A stretch of DNA of 64,000 bases, from assembly GCF_963921235.1 (NCBI RefSeq), contig NC_086108.1, positions 85,872,001-85,936,000 on the forward strand, given 5' to 3'. Of this stretch, positions 48,748 to 59,426 are shown in pieces. A program made the position numbers and the translations under genes. The notes beneath the pieces were generated by a model that was not told the origin of the DNA, searched no databases, and was given only the letters and a program-made list of their open reading frames with translations. The DNA comes from Mobula hypostoma. Taxonomy: Eukaryota. Positions within the stretch are counted from its first letter, which is position 1; each line of letters begins with the position of its first letter.

Positions 48748-49326
48748 GACCACAAACAAGAGAAAATCTACAGATGCTGGAAATCTGAGCAACATACACA
48801 AAATGCTGAAGGAATTCTGCAGGCCAGGCAGCATCTATGGAAAAAAGTACAGTCAACGTTTAGATTAGATTAGATTAGATTAGATTAGATTAGATTAGAT
48901 TAGATTCAACTTTATTGTCATTGTGCCGAGTACAGATACAAAGCCAACAAAATGCATTTAGCATTTAGAAATGCAAAGAATAGTCTTATTTACAAAATAA
49001 CCGCATAAAAAAGTGCTACAGCACACAAATATATAAGTACTGAGACAGTACAATATGGGTGAAATACTGCTTAGCGTTGTGATGAGAGGTTCAGCAGGGT
49101 CACAGCCTCAGGGAAGAAGCTCTTCCTGTGCCTGCTGGTGCAGGAGCGGAGGCTCCTGTAGCGCCTACTGGATGGAAGGAGAGTAAAAAGTCCATGGCTA
49201 GGGTAAGATGCATCCCTGATAATGCTTTTTGCCCTGCCCAGGAGCTTATAATGCTTTTCGACCCGACTGTACTTTTTTCCATAGATGCTGCCTGGCCTGC
49301 TGAGTTCCTCCAGCACTTTGTGTGTG
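48748..49326. mobile_element. Inverted Penelope terminal repeats enclosing a Rex1-type 3' end (48859-~49254, - strand)
   Basis: 48795-48856 is the reverse complement of 49265-49322; inner piece reads LFTLLPSSRRYRSLRSCTSRHRKSFFPEAV. Confidence 0.88.
48859..48906. repeat. (TTAGA)n microsatellite = (TCTAA)n LINE tail
   Basis: About nine perfect units at the 3' end of the nested Rex1-type element. Confidence 0.95.
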
Positions 49327-51079
49327 TAGGATGCAGTCAGCATGGTTTCCTCAAGGGAAAAATTTTACCTGACAAATCTTTTGGAATTCTTTGAAGAAAT
49401 AACAAGCAGGATATATAAAGGAGAATCAGTTGATGTTGTGACTTGGATTCTCAGAAGGCCTTTGACAAAGTGCCACATATGAAGATGCTTAACAAGCAAC
49501 AAGACAATGGCATTACAGGAAAGATTCTAGCATGGATAAAACATTGGCTGATTGGCAGGAGGCAGAGTGGGAATAAAGGGGGCCTTTTCTGACTGGCTGA
49601 CACTGTCTAGTGGTGTTCCATAGATGTCTGTGTTGGGACCGATTCTTTTTACGTCATATGTCAATGATTTGGATGATGGAATTGATGGTTTTGTTGTAAA
49701 GTTTGAAGATAATATAAAGATAGGTGGAGGAGCAGGTGGTTTTGAGGAAGCAGAGATGCTACAGAAGGACTTAGACAGATTAGGAGAATGGGCAAAGAAC
49801 GAGCAAATGGAATACAGTGATGGGAAGTATATGGTCATGCACTCTGGTAAAAGAAGTGAAAGGATTGACTATTTTCCAAATGGAAAGAAAATACAAAAAA
49901 CTGGAAGTGCAAAGAGACTTGGGAGTCTTAGTGCAGGATTTTCTTAAGGTTAATTTGCAGGTTGAGTCTGTGGTGAGGAAGGCAAAGGCAATGTTAGCAT
50001 TCATTTCAAGAGGACTAAAATACAAGAGCAAGGATGTAATGTTGAAACTTTATAAAGCACTGGTAAGGCCTCATTTGGACTATTGTGAGCAGGCTTGTAC
50101 CTCTTATCTTAGAAAAGATGTGCTGAAACTGAAAAGGGTTCAAAGAAGCTTCACAAAAATGATTGCAGGATTGAATGGCTTCTCAGTGAAGAGCGTTTGA
50201 TGGGTTTAGGTTTGTATTCACTCGAATTCAGAAGGCAGGAGTTTGGGGATGAGAGGAAAATTGGATCAACGTGATGAAATTGTGGAGCTGCCTCAATGGG
50301 CCAAATGATCTATTTCTGCTCCTATATTTTATGGTTTTATGGCCCCATAGCAGTTTGTTTTTCTCTGTTCCTTTTAAGTTCCATTTGGTGGCTAGACAAT
50401 AACTGAACATAAAGTAACTTTGCACATGCAGTCACTTGTGATATTATATATCGTGAGTATTTTTAAGTGATAATTGCAGACACTAAATGCTGCCATTGTG
50501 ATAGATGGTGACAGGGGATGAAACAACATTAGTCACTTCTGTTCAAGGAGTAAGTGCTACTTGCCCTTCATGACAGATGAGATTTTAGAGCTGCTGAGCA
50601 GCATGTTTATTGAGGCTAAGTTGGATTTCACCAAATCAGTTTCAACGTGTTGGATTGAGGTACAGCATAAACTATGGCAACATTGAATAGTTCCTTAGAT
50701 TCTTTCAATAGCTCAATTTAATCATGGGTTGAATATGTAATGAGGAGGAAATATGTCTTGCTGCAAATGACATTGCTGAAGCGGAGAAGAAATGCATTTT
50801 GCTCATATCTTTCGGTGCTAGGATATAGAAGTTGATAAAAAACAAAAGCATTCTGGGTTTAGCCTGATTGGTGCCTAATGTTTCTCTACCACATTCAACC
50901 CACTACTCTCTCAACCATTGGAGAGTATAACATGGAAGTTTTGCATTGGTCCCAGTTTCGCAGAATAATGACAATTTTATTGTATTAGTGACTCAGTTTT
51001 GTGATCTCTATACAGACATGGAAATTGAGGAGTTGTCAGCAAGTCTGAATTCCTCAACTAGGAAAGGGATCTTTAGTAA

Positions 51080-53526
51080 TGGGACCCATAGTTTTTTAAG
51101 AAATATAAAAATGGATAAGTCTCCAGATCCAGACAAGATATTCCCTAGGACCTTGAGGGAAGTTAATGTGGAAATAGCAGGGGCTCTGACAGAAATATTT
51201 CAAATGTCGTTAGAGACGGGGATGGTGCCGGAGGATTGGCGTGTTGCTCATGTTGTTCCATTGTTTGAAAATGGTTCTAAGAGTAAACCTGGCAATTATC
51301 GGCCTGTGAGTTTGACATCACTGGTGGGTAAATTGATGGAAAGTGTTCTTAGAGATGGTATATATAATATAGACGGGGTCTGATTAGGAACAGTCAACAT
51401 GGATTTGTGGTTGGAAGGTCATGTTTGACAAATCTTATTGAATTTTTTCAAGAGGTTACTAGGATAGTTGACGAGGGTAAAGCAGTGGATGTTGTCCATA
51501 TGGACTTCAGTAAGGCCTTTGACAAGGTTCCACATGAAAGGTTAGTTAGGAAGGTTCAATCATTAGGCATTAATATCGAAGTAGTGAAATGGATTCAGCA
51601 GTGGCTGGATGGGAGAGGCCAGAGAGTAGTGGGTGATAACTGTTTGTCAGATTGGAGGCTGGTGACTAGTAGTGTCCCTTCGGGGTCTGTACTGGGTCCA
51701 ATGTTGTTTGTCATATATATTAATGATCTGGATGATGGGGTGGTAAATTGGATTAGTAAGTGTGCAGATGATACTAAGATAGGTGGCGTTGTGGATAATG
51801 AAACAGGTTTTCAATGCTTGCAGAGAGATTTAGGCCAGTTAGAAGAGTGGGCTGAAAGATGGCAGATGGAGTTTAATGCTGAAAAATGTGAGGTGCTACA
51901 TTTTGGTAGGACTAATCAAAATAGGACATACATGGTAAATGGTAGGGCATTGAAAAATGCAGTAGAACAGAGGAATCTAGGAATAATGGTGCATAGTTCC
52001 CTGAAGGTGGGATCTCATGTGGATAGGGTGGTAAAGAAAGCTTTTGGTATGCTGGCCTTTATAAATCAGAGCATTAAGTATAGGAGTTGGGATGTAATGT
52101 TGAAATTGTATAAGGCATTGGTGAGGCCAAATTTAGAGTATTGTGTACAGTTCTGGTCACCGAATTATAGTCATAGTCATAGTCATACTTTATTGATCCC
52201 AGGGGAAATTGGTTTTTGTTACAGTTGCACCATAAATAATAAATTGGAATATAGCCATAATAGTTAAATAGTAATATGTAAATTATGCCAGTAAATTATG
52301 AAATAAGTCCAGGACTAGCCTATTGGCTCAGGGTGTCTGACCCTCCAAGGGAGGAGTTGTAAAGTTTGATGGCCACAGGCAGGAATGACTTCCTATGATG
52401 CTCAGTGCTGCATCTTGGTGGAATGAGTCTCTGGCTGAATGTACTCCTGTGCCCACCCAGTACATTATGTAGTGGATGGGAAACATTGACCAAGATGGCA
52501 AACAACTTAGACAGCATCCTCTTTTCAGATACCACCGTGAGAGAGTCCAGTTCCATCCCCACAACATCACTGGCCTTACGGATGGGTTCGTTGATCCTGT
52601 TGGTGTCTGTTACCCTCAGCCTGCTGTCCCAGCACACAACAGCAAACATGATAGCACTGGCCACCACAGACTCGTAGAACATCCTCAGCATCGTCCAGCA
52701 GATGTTAAAGGACCTCAGTCTCCTCAGGAAATAGAGATGGCTCTGACCCTTCTTGTAGACAGCCTCAGTGTTCTTTGACCAGTCCAGTTTATTGTCAATT
52801 CGTATCCCCAGGTATTTGTAATCCTCCACCATGTCCACACTGACCCCCTGGATGGAAACAGGGGTCACCGGTACCTTAGCTCTCCTGAGGTCTACCACCA
52901 GCTCCTTAGTCTTTTTCACATTAAGCTGCAGATAATTCTGCTCACACCATGTGACAAAGTTTCCTACCGTAGCCCTGTACTCAGCCTCATCTCCCTTGCT
53001 GATGCATCCAACTATAGGAAAGATGTCAATAAAATTGAGAGAGTACAGAGGAGGTTTACTAAAATGTTGCCTGGATTTCATCTCCTAAGTTACAGAGAAA
53101 TGTTGAACAAGTTAGGTCTTTACTCTTTGGAGCGTAGAAGGTTAAGGGGGGACTTGATAGAGGTATTTAGAATTATAAGGGGGATAGATAGAGTTGACAT
53201 GGATAGGCTTTTTCCATTGAGAGTGGGGGAGATTCAAACAGGAGGACATGAGTTGAGAGTTAAAGGGTAAAAGTTCAGGGGTAACATGAGGGGGAACTTC
53301 TTTACTCAGAGAGTGGTAGCTGTGTGGAACGAGCTTCCAGCAGAAGTGGTTGAGGCAGGTTCGATGTTGTTGTTTAAAGTTAAATTGGATAGATATATGG
53401 ACAGGAAAGGAATGGAGGGTTATGGGCTGAGTGCAGGTCGGTGGGACTAGGTGAGAGTAAGAGTTCGGCATGGACTAGAAGGGCCAGATGGCCTGTTTCC
53501 GTGCTGTAATTGTTATATGGTTATAT
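51080..53526 (+). mobile_element. CR1 LINE RT plus 3' end, split by a Rex1 insertion
   Basis: NYRPVSL, DFSKAFDKVPH, GSVLGP, KCADDTK; resumes at ~53013; (GTTATATG) tail. Confidence 0.95.
52171..53012 (-). mobile_element. Young 5'-truncated Rex1/Babar LINE
   Basis: Open frame IVGCISKGDE..LNVKKTKELVVD..YKYLG..SFLPVAIKLYN; (GACTAT)n tail; TATAG at both junctions. Confidence 0.93.
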
Positions 53527-53534
53527 AGAAACAC

Positions 53535-53930
53535 TCATCAGTTGAGGCAGCATCAGTGGAAAGAGAAACCAAGTTCAATTCAATTCAAGACTAATTATCA
53601 TTCAACCATATATGACTACTCATGAATACAGCCAAACAAGGCAGCATCACCCTGGGGTCAAGATACAAAACACAGTACCAACAGTCCCACACAGCCAGCA
53701 CAAAATAGCAAGCACAAATGGTATCACAATCACGCAATAAAAGAGTCTAAACTCACGCCATCAATCTAATATCTAATAATATTGTAGGTGGAAGATTTTT
53801 AAGACTTAAAATTAACTTATTTTTTTCTCTGACCTGAAATATTAACTCTGTTTCTCTGTTCACAGATGCTGTTTCATTGATTGAGCTTTTCTAGTCATTT
53901 CTATTTTCATTCAAGATATATGTTTGCAAG
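53535..53930. mobile_element. Old inverted Penelope repeat pair with a (TTGAA)-tailed insert (~53575-53760)
   Basis: GCAGCATCAGTGGAAAGAGAAAC ... GTTTCTCTGTTCACAGATGCTG. Confidence 0.55.
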
Positions 53931-56174
53931 TTTTAAATTATTTATGAATGTGTAATTAATTTAAAATATTTTAAGCATGTTCAAAGAATTGTTCTCACAC
54001 CAATAAAGACTTCTTAATGTGTATGTATTTATTAAAGCATTTAAAGCTATTTGGAATTGCTTGAAAGAGTTTTTAAATAACTTAAAATGTTATAAGATTT
54101 TTCTAAGTCTTTATGACATTCATGAACATGATAATTTGGAGATGCAAACAGCCGATGATTAAATTTCATCTCATTTTGTGGGCAGGACTTTTTTTAAAAA
54201 TCACAATGAGATCACATGATGCCCTGTTGCTATGTGAAGCTCGATTGCCCACAGTCCCTCCCTACAGAGAATTCATTTGGTTTCTTCTGCAATTTCCCTT
54301 TGCGGGATTACTATAGGCAAGTTTTGTATATTATTAAACCAAGGGTGAATAGCTGTATAATATGCTGAAATGTGTCTGTCTCAGTGAGAAAGCCCATTTC
54401 TCATTTACACTTTACCCACAGTAACTTAGGCGAAAGGAGGTTGTGGCCTCAATCATATTCCCAGATCTGCAACAAATGGAAAAAGTAGAAAGCACCTTGA
54501 TGGATCATTTTCCCATTTTACCACTCCATTGACCAAAAAGGTCTGATGCAGACAAGCAAGATTTTCAGATCAATTCTCAGCTATGATATCAGAACAGGTC
54601 TCGTTTAGTTTGAACCACAGAGCCAGTCCTAATGATACTTATAAGTATGGGGCATAGTGTCAACTGGTCCTGAACTGTGTATGGAAGTTTAAAAGACCAG
54701 GTTAGAGAACTGATACAAAAACTGCTTCTGCACTAATGTTTATTTTCATCTCTTGCTCCTGTCATTCTGAATTTCAGCAGCCTTTTAGCTAACTACCTTG
54801 CTGCTCAGTTTCCCCCTAGTTAACTTCAGGTTATTTTTAATACTCGTCCTTCCATTTCATTCAATTATAAGTGGAAAAATCAGATTTATAAAGGGAATCC
54901 AATAATGATTATAATGAACCAGAGTGTTGTCTCTGCCACTGACGCTCAACCACCTGTAGGTAGTGATGAATATACAATACTCTGCTCAATCAATTCTCCA
55001 GAGACACCTATTAGGATAATTCCTATTAATATTAGGCTGGATGATATAGGTGTGATGTTCTTACCAGAAACTTCAAAATTCCATGGTTGAATAAATAAAT
55101 TAAGAGTTTTAATATTTCAAGGCCAGGCCATTTATTGGAAGCACCTCAGATGTAGGATGACATGTTTTCCAAGTTGCTGAATGCAACGTAGGACAGCATA
55201 ATGTCAAACTTGCCAGAGTTTTAAAGGTGACCTCAGCCACAACTTGCAACAACTTCTATTGATAACCATATTGCAAGGCCCATGTCTTCAGAGAACAGGA
55301 AACAAAACTGTGTTGCCTGCTGTAAACGCTTACAATCAGCACAGTGAATAGCAAAACCTATTAACCTCAAGCCTGCCTACATCTCCTTGCAATCATGTCA
55401 AAGTCGCTGCAATGTAAAATATTTGGCCACAATCCATGCCATTTCAGCAACTCTTGTACAGCCATCAAACTCTGACAGGTACTGAGATGCTCTGTCAACT
55501 TTCTACAGTCTCACATCTTCCTTTATGGATGCCTTTATGCTTGTTTTATTTGGTCTTTATTGCATTTAATCTTACCAGGGTGTTGAAATGCCACTGGAAT
55601 TCCTTTTTCCTCCAAGGCTTCATGATTATGAGTTTTCTGCCTTCCTTCTATATTTAACTGCCGCCATTTTTTTTCACTCAAACCTCTGGCATGCCTTCTG
55701 AACTCAGTGATGAAGTGATGACTAATCATCTGCAAGACCACAGAGCAGAAACAACTGAGGGCTCCAAGCACACAACCATCCTGGTGAGATTGGCACCAGT
55801 TCCCAGCCACTTAGAAGTAATTGACATCAGTACAGGATAATTGGCTGCTCATGGAGAATTACTTAATGGGGCTAATTTTTCTGTCCCTTTCTCAAACTGT
55901 GCTGCAGCTGTTTGAACATTGTCATCCAGACCAACATAACTTTTTGGTTGGCACACCAACGAGATATATCAAACATGAGCAGCTGCAATAAAGCAGCACA
56001 AAGATTTGGCTGAATCCCTGAGTATCTTTGTACTTAGAATCACTTTGACTTTTTGCCAGCACCCTCCTGCTACCCCTTCTTACAAAATCAAGGCCAGGAC
56101 TGAGTGCTGCTCAGACCAGGATTGAAGAAATATTTGCTGGCATGAAAAGTCTTCGAGAGACAAAGGGAATTTCA

Positions 56175-56505
56175 TAATGTAGAGAAGATATTTCCTATAG
56201 TGGGGAAGTCTAGGACCAGAGAACACAGCCCTCAGAACAGAGGATGTCCCTTTAGAACAAAGATGAGGAGGAAACCAGAGGGTGGTGAATCTGTGGAATT
56301 CTTTGCCAAAGATGGCTGTGGAGGCCAATCCATTGGGTATATTTAAAGCAGAGGTTGACAGGTTTTTGATTAGTAAGGGCATCAAATGGTTACGAGAAGC
56401 AAGAGAATGGGGTTGAGAGGGATAATAAATCAGCCATGATGGAAAGGCAGAGCAGACTTGATGGGTTGAATGGCTTAATTCTGCTCCAATGTTTATTGTC
56501 TTATA
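56175..56505 (+). mobile_element. CR1 3' end
   Basis: QRVVNLWNSLP and 3' UTR. Confidence 0.88.
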
Positions 56506-56759
56506 ATTAGAATGGATTCTGAAGGAGGAGTTTGCAATGGCATTCTAACTCTTCCTGGTACCTTAAACAATGCCTTAAGAAGTAAAGTGTAGCTGCTAAG
56601 GATCTTCTGTTTCAATTTTTCTTCTCCCTGTCTTCACAATAAAAAAAACAACAATTACTTTGACAAACAGCCCGCTTTTGTTCATTATTCCTTCAACACC
56701 TTCAACAACACCTGTGCAGCACAAAGAAGGACTTTGTTTAGGTAAATATTCTTGTCTGA

Positions 56760-57130
56760 CAGATGAGGGGAATCTCAGTGAAATCTACCAAATCATGAAA
56801 TATCTGGATAAAGAAGATTTGTTTCCATTAGAAGGAGAGTTGAGGATCTGATGAAACAGAATAAAGGAACATCTCTTTGGAACTGAGATGAGAAGGCACT
56901 TTTTCAGCCAGAGGCCAATGAGCCTGTGGAATTCCTTGTCAGAGACAGCTGCGAAGGCCCAGTCACTGGGTGTATTTAAGGCAGAGATTGATAGGTTCTT
57001 CACTGGTATGTGAGTTAAGGGAGAACGTAGGAGAATGACATTGAAAAATTCAACCATGATTGAATGGCAGAGCAGAATAAAAGGGGTGAATGGCTTATTT
57101 GTTCTTCTATACCTGATGGTCTTCTGCTCA
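56760..57130 (+). mobile_element. Older CR1 3' end
   Basis: MRRHFFSQRPMSLWNSL and 3' UTR. Confidence 0.8.
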
Positions 57131-58954
57131 TAAGGACAGATTAAAATATAAGGAAATGGGAAGGTGACCAAATCAAAAGTCAATAAAGCCACAAGCAATT
57201 CTAAATGCCTAAACACGGAAAGACTGAAACACAGTTGAAAATGAACTTCAATACCACTACGCAATTGAACTCTAATCTACAGTACTCTCTAGATCCTGTT
57301 GGAATTCAGCTGTGCCTCAGATAATAGCTTAATCACTGATCAGCAAAGGCCTAGTATATATGGGCAATAGTGGAACTTCGGACTGTAACACATAAAGCTG
57401 ACAATGCACATTCAACCCAGCTGAAATTACCTACTCAATCACTGAATATCTGATTCCTTCTGACTGATAGTTATTTAATCACGTAGCCTGATTTTCCAGC
57501 AGCCAGTGTTAAGTTCAGCAGTTACAAGGCACAAGAATTGTCCTTTCCCTTTAATCTTTGCTTTTATTTCAGATTTGGCTGTAAGTGACAATGGCAGTAA
57601 GTGACAAGTGACAGTATTGTTAAATATTAGATGGAATCGGTTGCAGTGCAATGTTGATACTCAGCTGAAAGTGACTGGTGTTAAGCTAATGTGAAAAAAA
57701 ATCCCGCATTAAATAAAATGTAATTACAATTCAGACTAGGCCATGCATAACAATTCAATCACTTTCTCATTAGCCATGCAGTCAACACTCAGAAAACTAA
57801 CAGGGCAATTTTATTTTTCTTACCAACTAAATATGACAAGTTAAACCCTGAAGGTTCTTATTCTACCTATTCATTCATTTGAAAACACTTCACAGCACAG
57901 TCATCAGCCTTTTCAGCAGGGCATGAATCCCTAAGATCCAGCGATGTGTGTCGTGTTTCTTTTTTGCAAAATCATAAAAACAGAAACAAAGTTTCCCTGA
58001 GGGATATCAAGTGATTCAAGATTTAATTGTTTCATATTAGTGGGTGAAGCAGGGTCACTGGATGATTATTGTTGAAATAGATGGGAGGTAGAGTGAAGAA
58101 AAGAGTTTGCTTTCGTTACAATTAAACGTGGCACCTTAGTTCAACTAGTGTGGGAAGAAGAAGCCGTGGTATTGCCAGGAGTGAGCCAAAGAGCGTTCAC
58201 CAGCATTCACACACTTCACTCAGAAGCTGGTTGATTTATGAGGCATAAGTGAAGCACAGCTATTGTTACCTTGGAACTAGTCAAATTATTATAGATCATA
58301 GAGTGTGGGAGGATTGCTCTTGTCTCTGAATTTTGAGAAGTTATTATTTATTTCATTTTCAGCTCATGAAAAATGATTCTGGGACGGAATAAAGCATGTT
58401 TCCATTTACACTTTGTGGTCATGTCAGCACCTACTAAAAGCATAACCAGATCTGGTGATAGATCAGCAAAAGTTTACCGCACAAAGATTGTAGCCTTGAC
58501 CACTCACATGTACCAAGCTATCACAATCACTTCTACCTTGTTTTAGAAACTCGCGTTACCACTGATGGTTTACAGTTCCACATTTTAGTCTTTTGCACAT
58601 TCAGCTATCTGTTCTGTTTGTTCTTCAGTTCTTTTTCTATTGTTTATATCCCTGTTGTTCCTTTTACCCTTCGAGAAATCTTAAGGTAATATATTTTAAA
58701 TTAAATTGGACCTCTGAACTCCCTTTGTCACCCTTACTGTTTGAAAAATCTGTTCCATATCTTCAAGCTGCTTATCAAATCACTAAAACTTGTGCCATCT
58801 GCAAAATTTAAGTCACCTCTAAATATTGGAAACTCCATGCATTAACTGATTGATTAAGTTAAATTCTAAAAAACTCCCTAAACACAACACTTTACTGTAC
58901 ATACATATCTAGGTTCTGGTTCAGTTGAAAAGCTAATTAATTGTCATTGATTCA

Positions 58955-59426
58955 TTAGACCATATGAACTGGACCATTCAGCCCATCAAATCTTCTCCAC
59001 CATTTCATCATGGTGGATCCATTTCCCCTTCAACCCCATTCTCCTGCCTTCTCCCCATAACCTTGCATGCCCTGACTAATCAAGAACCTATTAACCTCTG
59101 CCTTAAATGCACCTAGTGACTCAGTAACCATTGCCTGTGGCAACGAATTCCACAGATTCACCACCCTCTGACTGAAGAAATACCTCTTCATTTCTTTTCT
59201 AAATGGATGTTTCTCTATTTCGAGGCTGTGTCCTCTGGTTCGAGACTCCCCCACCAAAGGAAACGTCATCTTCGCATCCACTCTATCGAGACCTTTTAAC
59301 ATTCAGTAAGTTCCAATGAGATCCCCCCTCACTCTAATAAATTCCAGTAAGTACAGGTCCAGAGCCTTTAATCAATGTTCATATGATAAAGCTTTCTTTC
59401 CTGGAATCATTCTCATAAACCTCCTC
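58955..59426 (-). mobile_element. CR1 3' fragment (continues at 62596-62740)
   Basis: FFSQRVVNLWNSLP; AACCTCCTC|TGAACCCTCTCC rejoins across the 59427-62597 insert. Confidence 0.92.

Larger units (their letters stand above)
46551..50345 (+). mobile_element. CR1 LINE (ORF1 esterase part, ORF2, 3' UTR), decayed, with nested inserts
   Basis: VQVGNND, VVISGLL, ORF1 end WGLN*; YLNACSI, GITESWL, SVLGPILF, KFEDN (decayed FADD). Confidence 0.92.

Noticed and set aside
48859..48906. Interstitial telomere-like repeat
   Set aside because: Unit is TTAGA, not TTAGGG, and it is the tail of the adjacent LINE fragment
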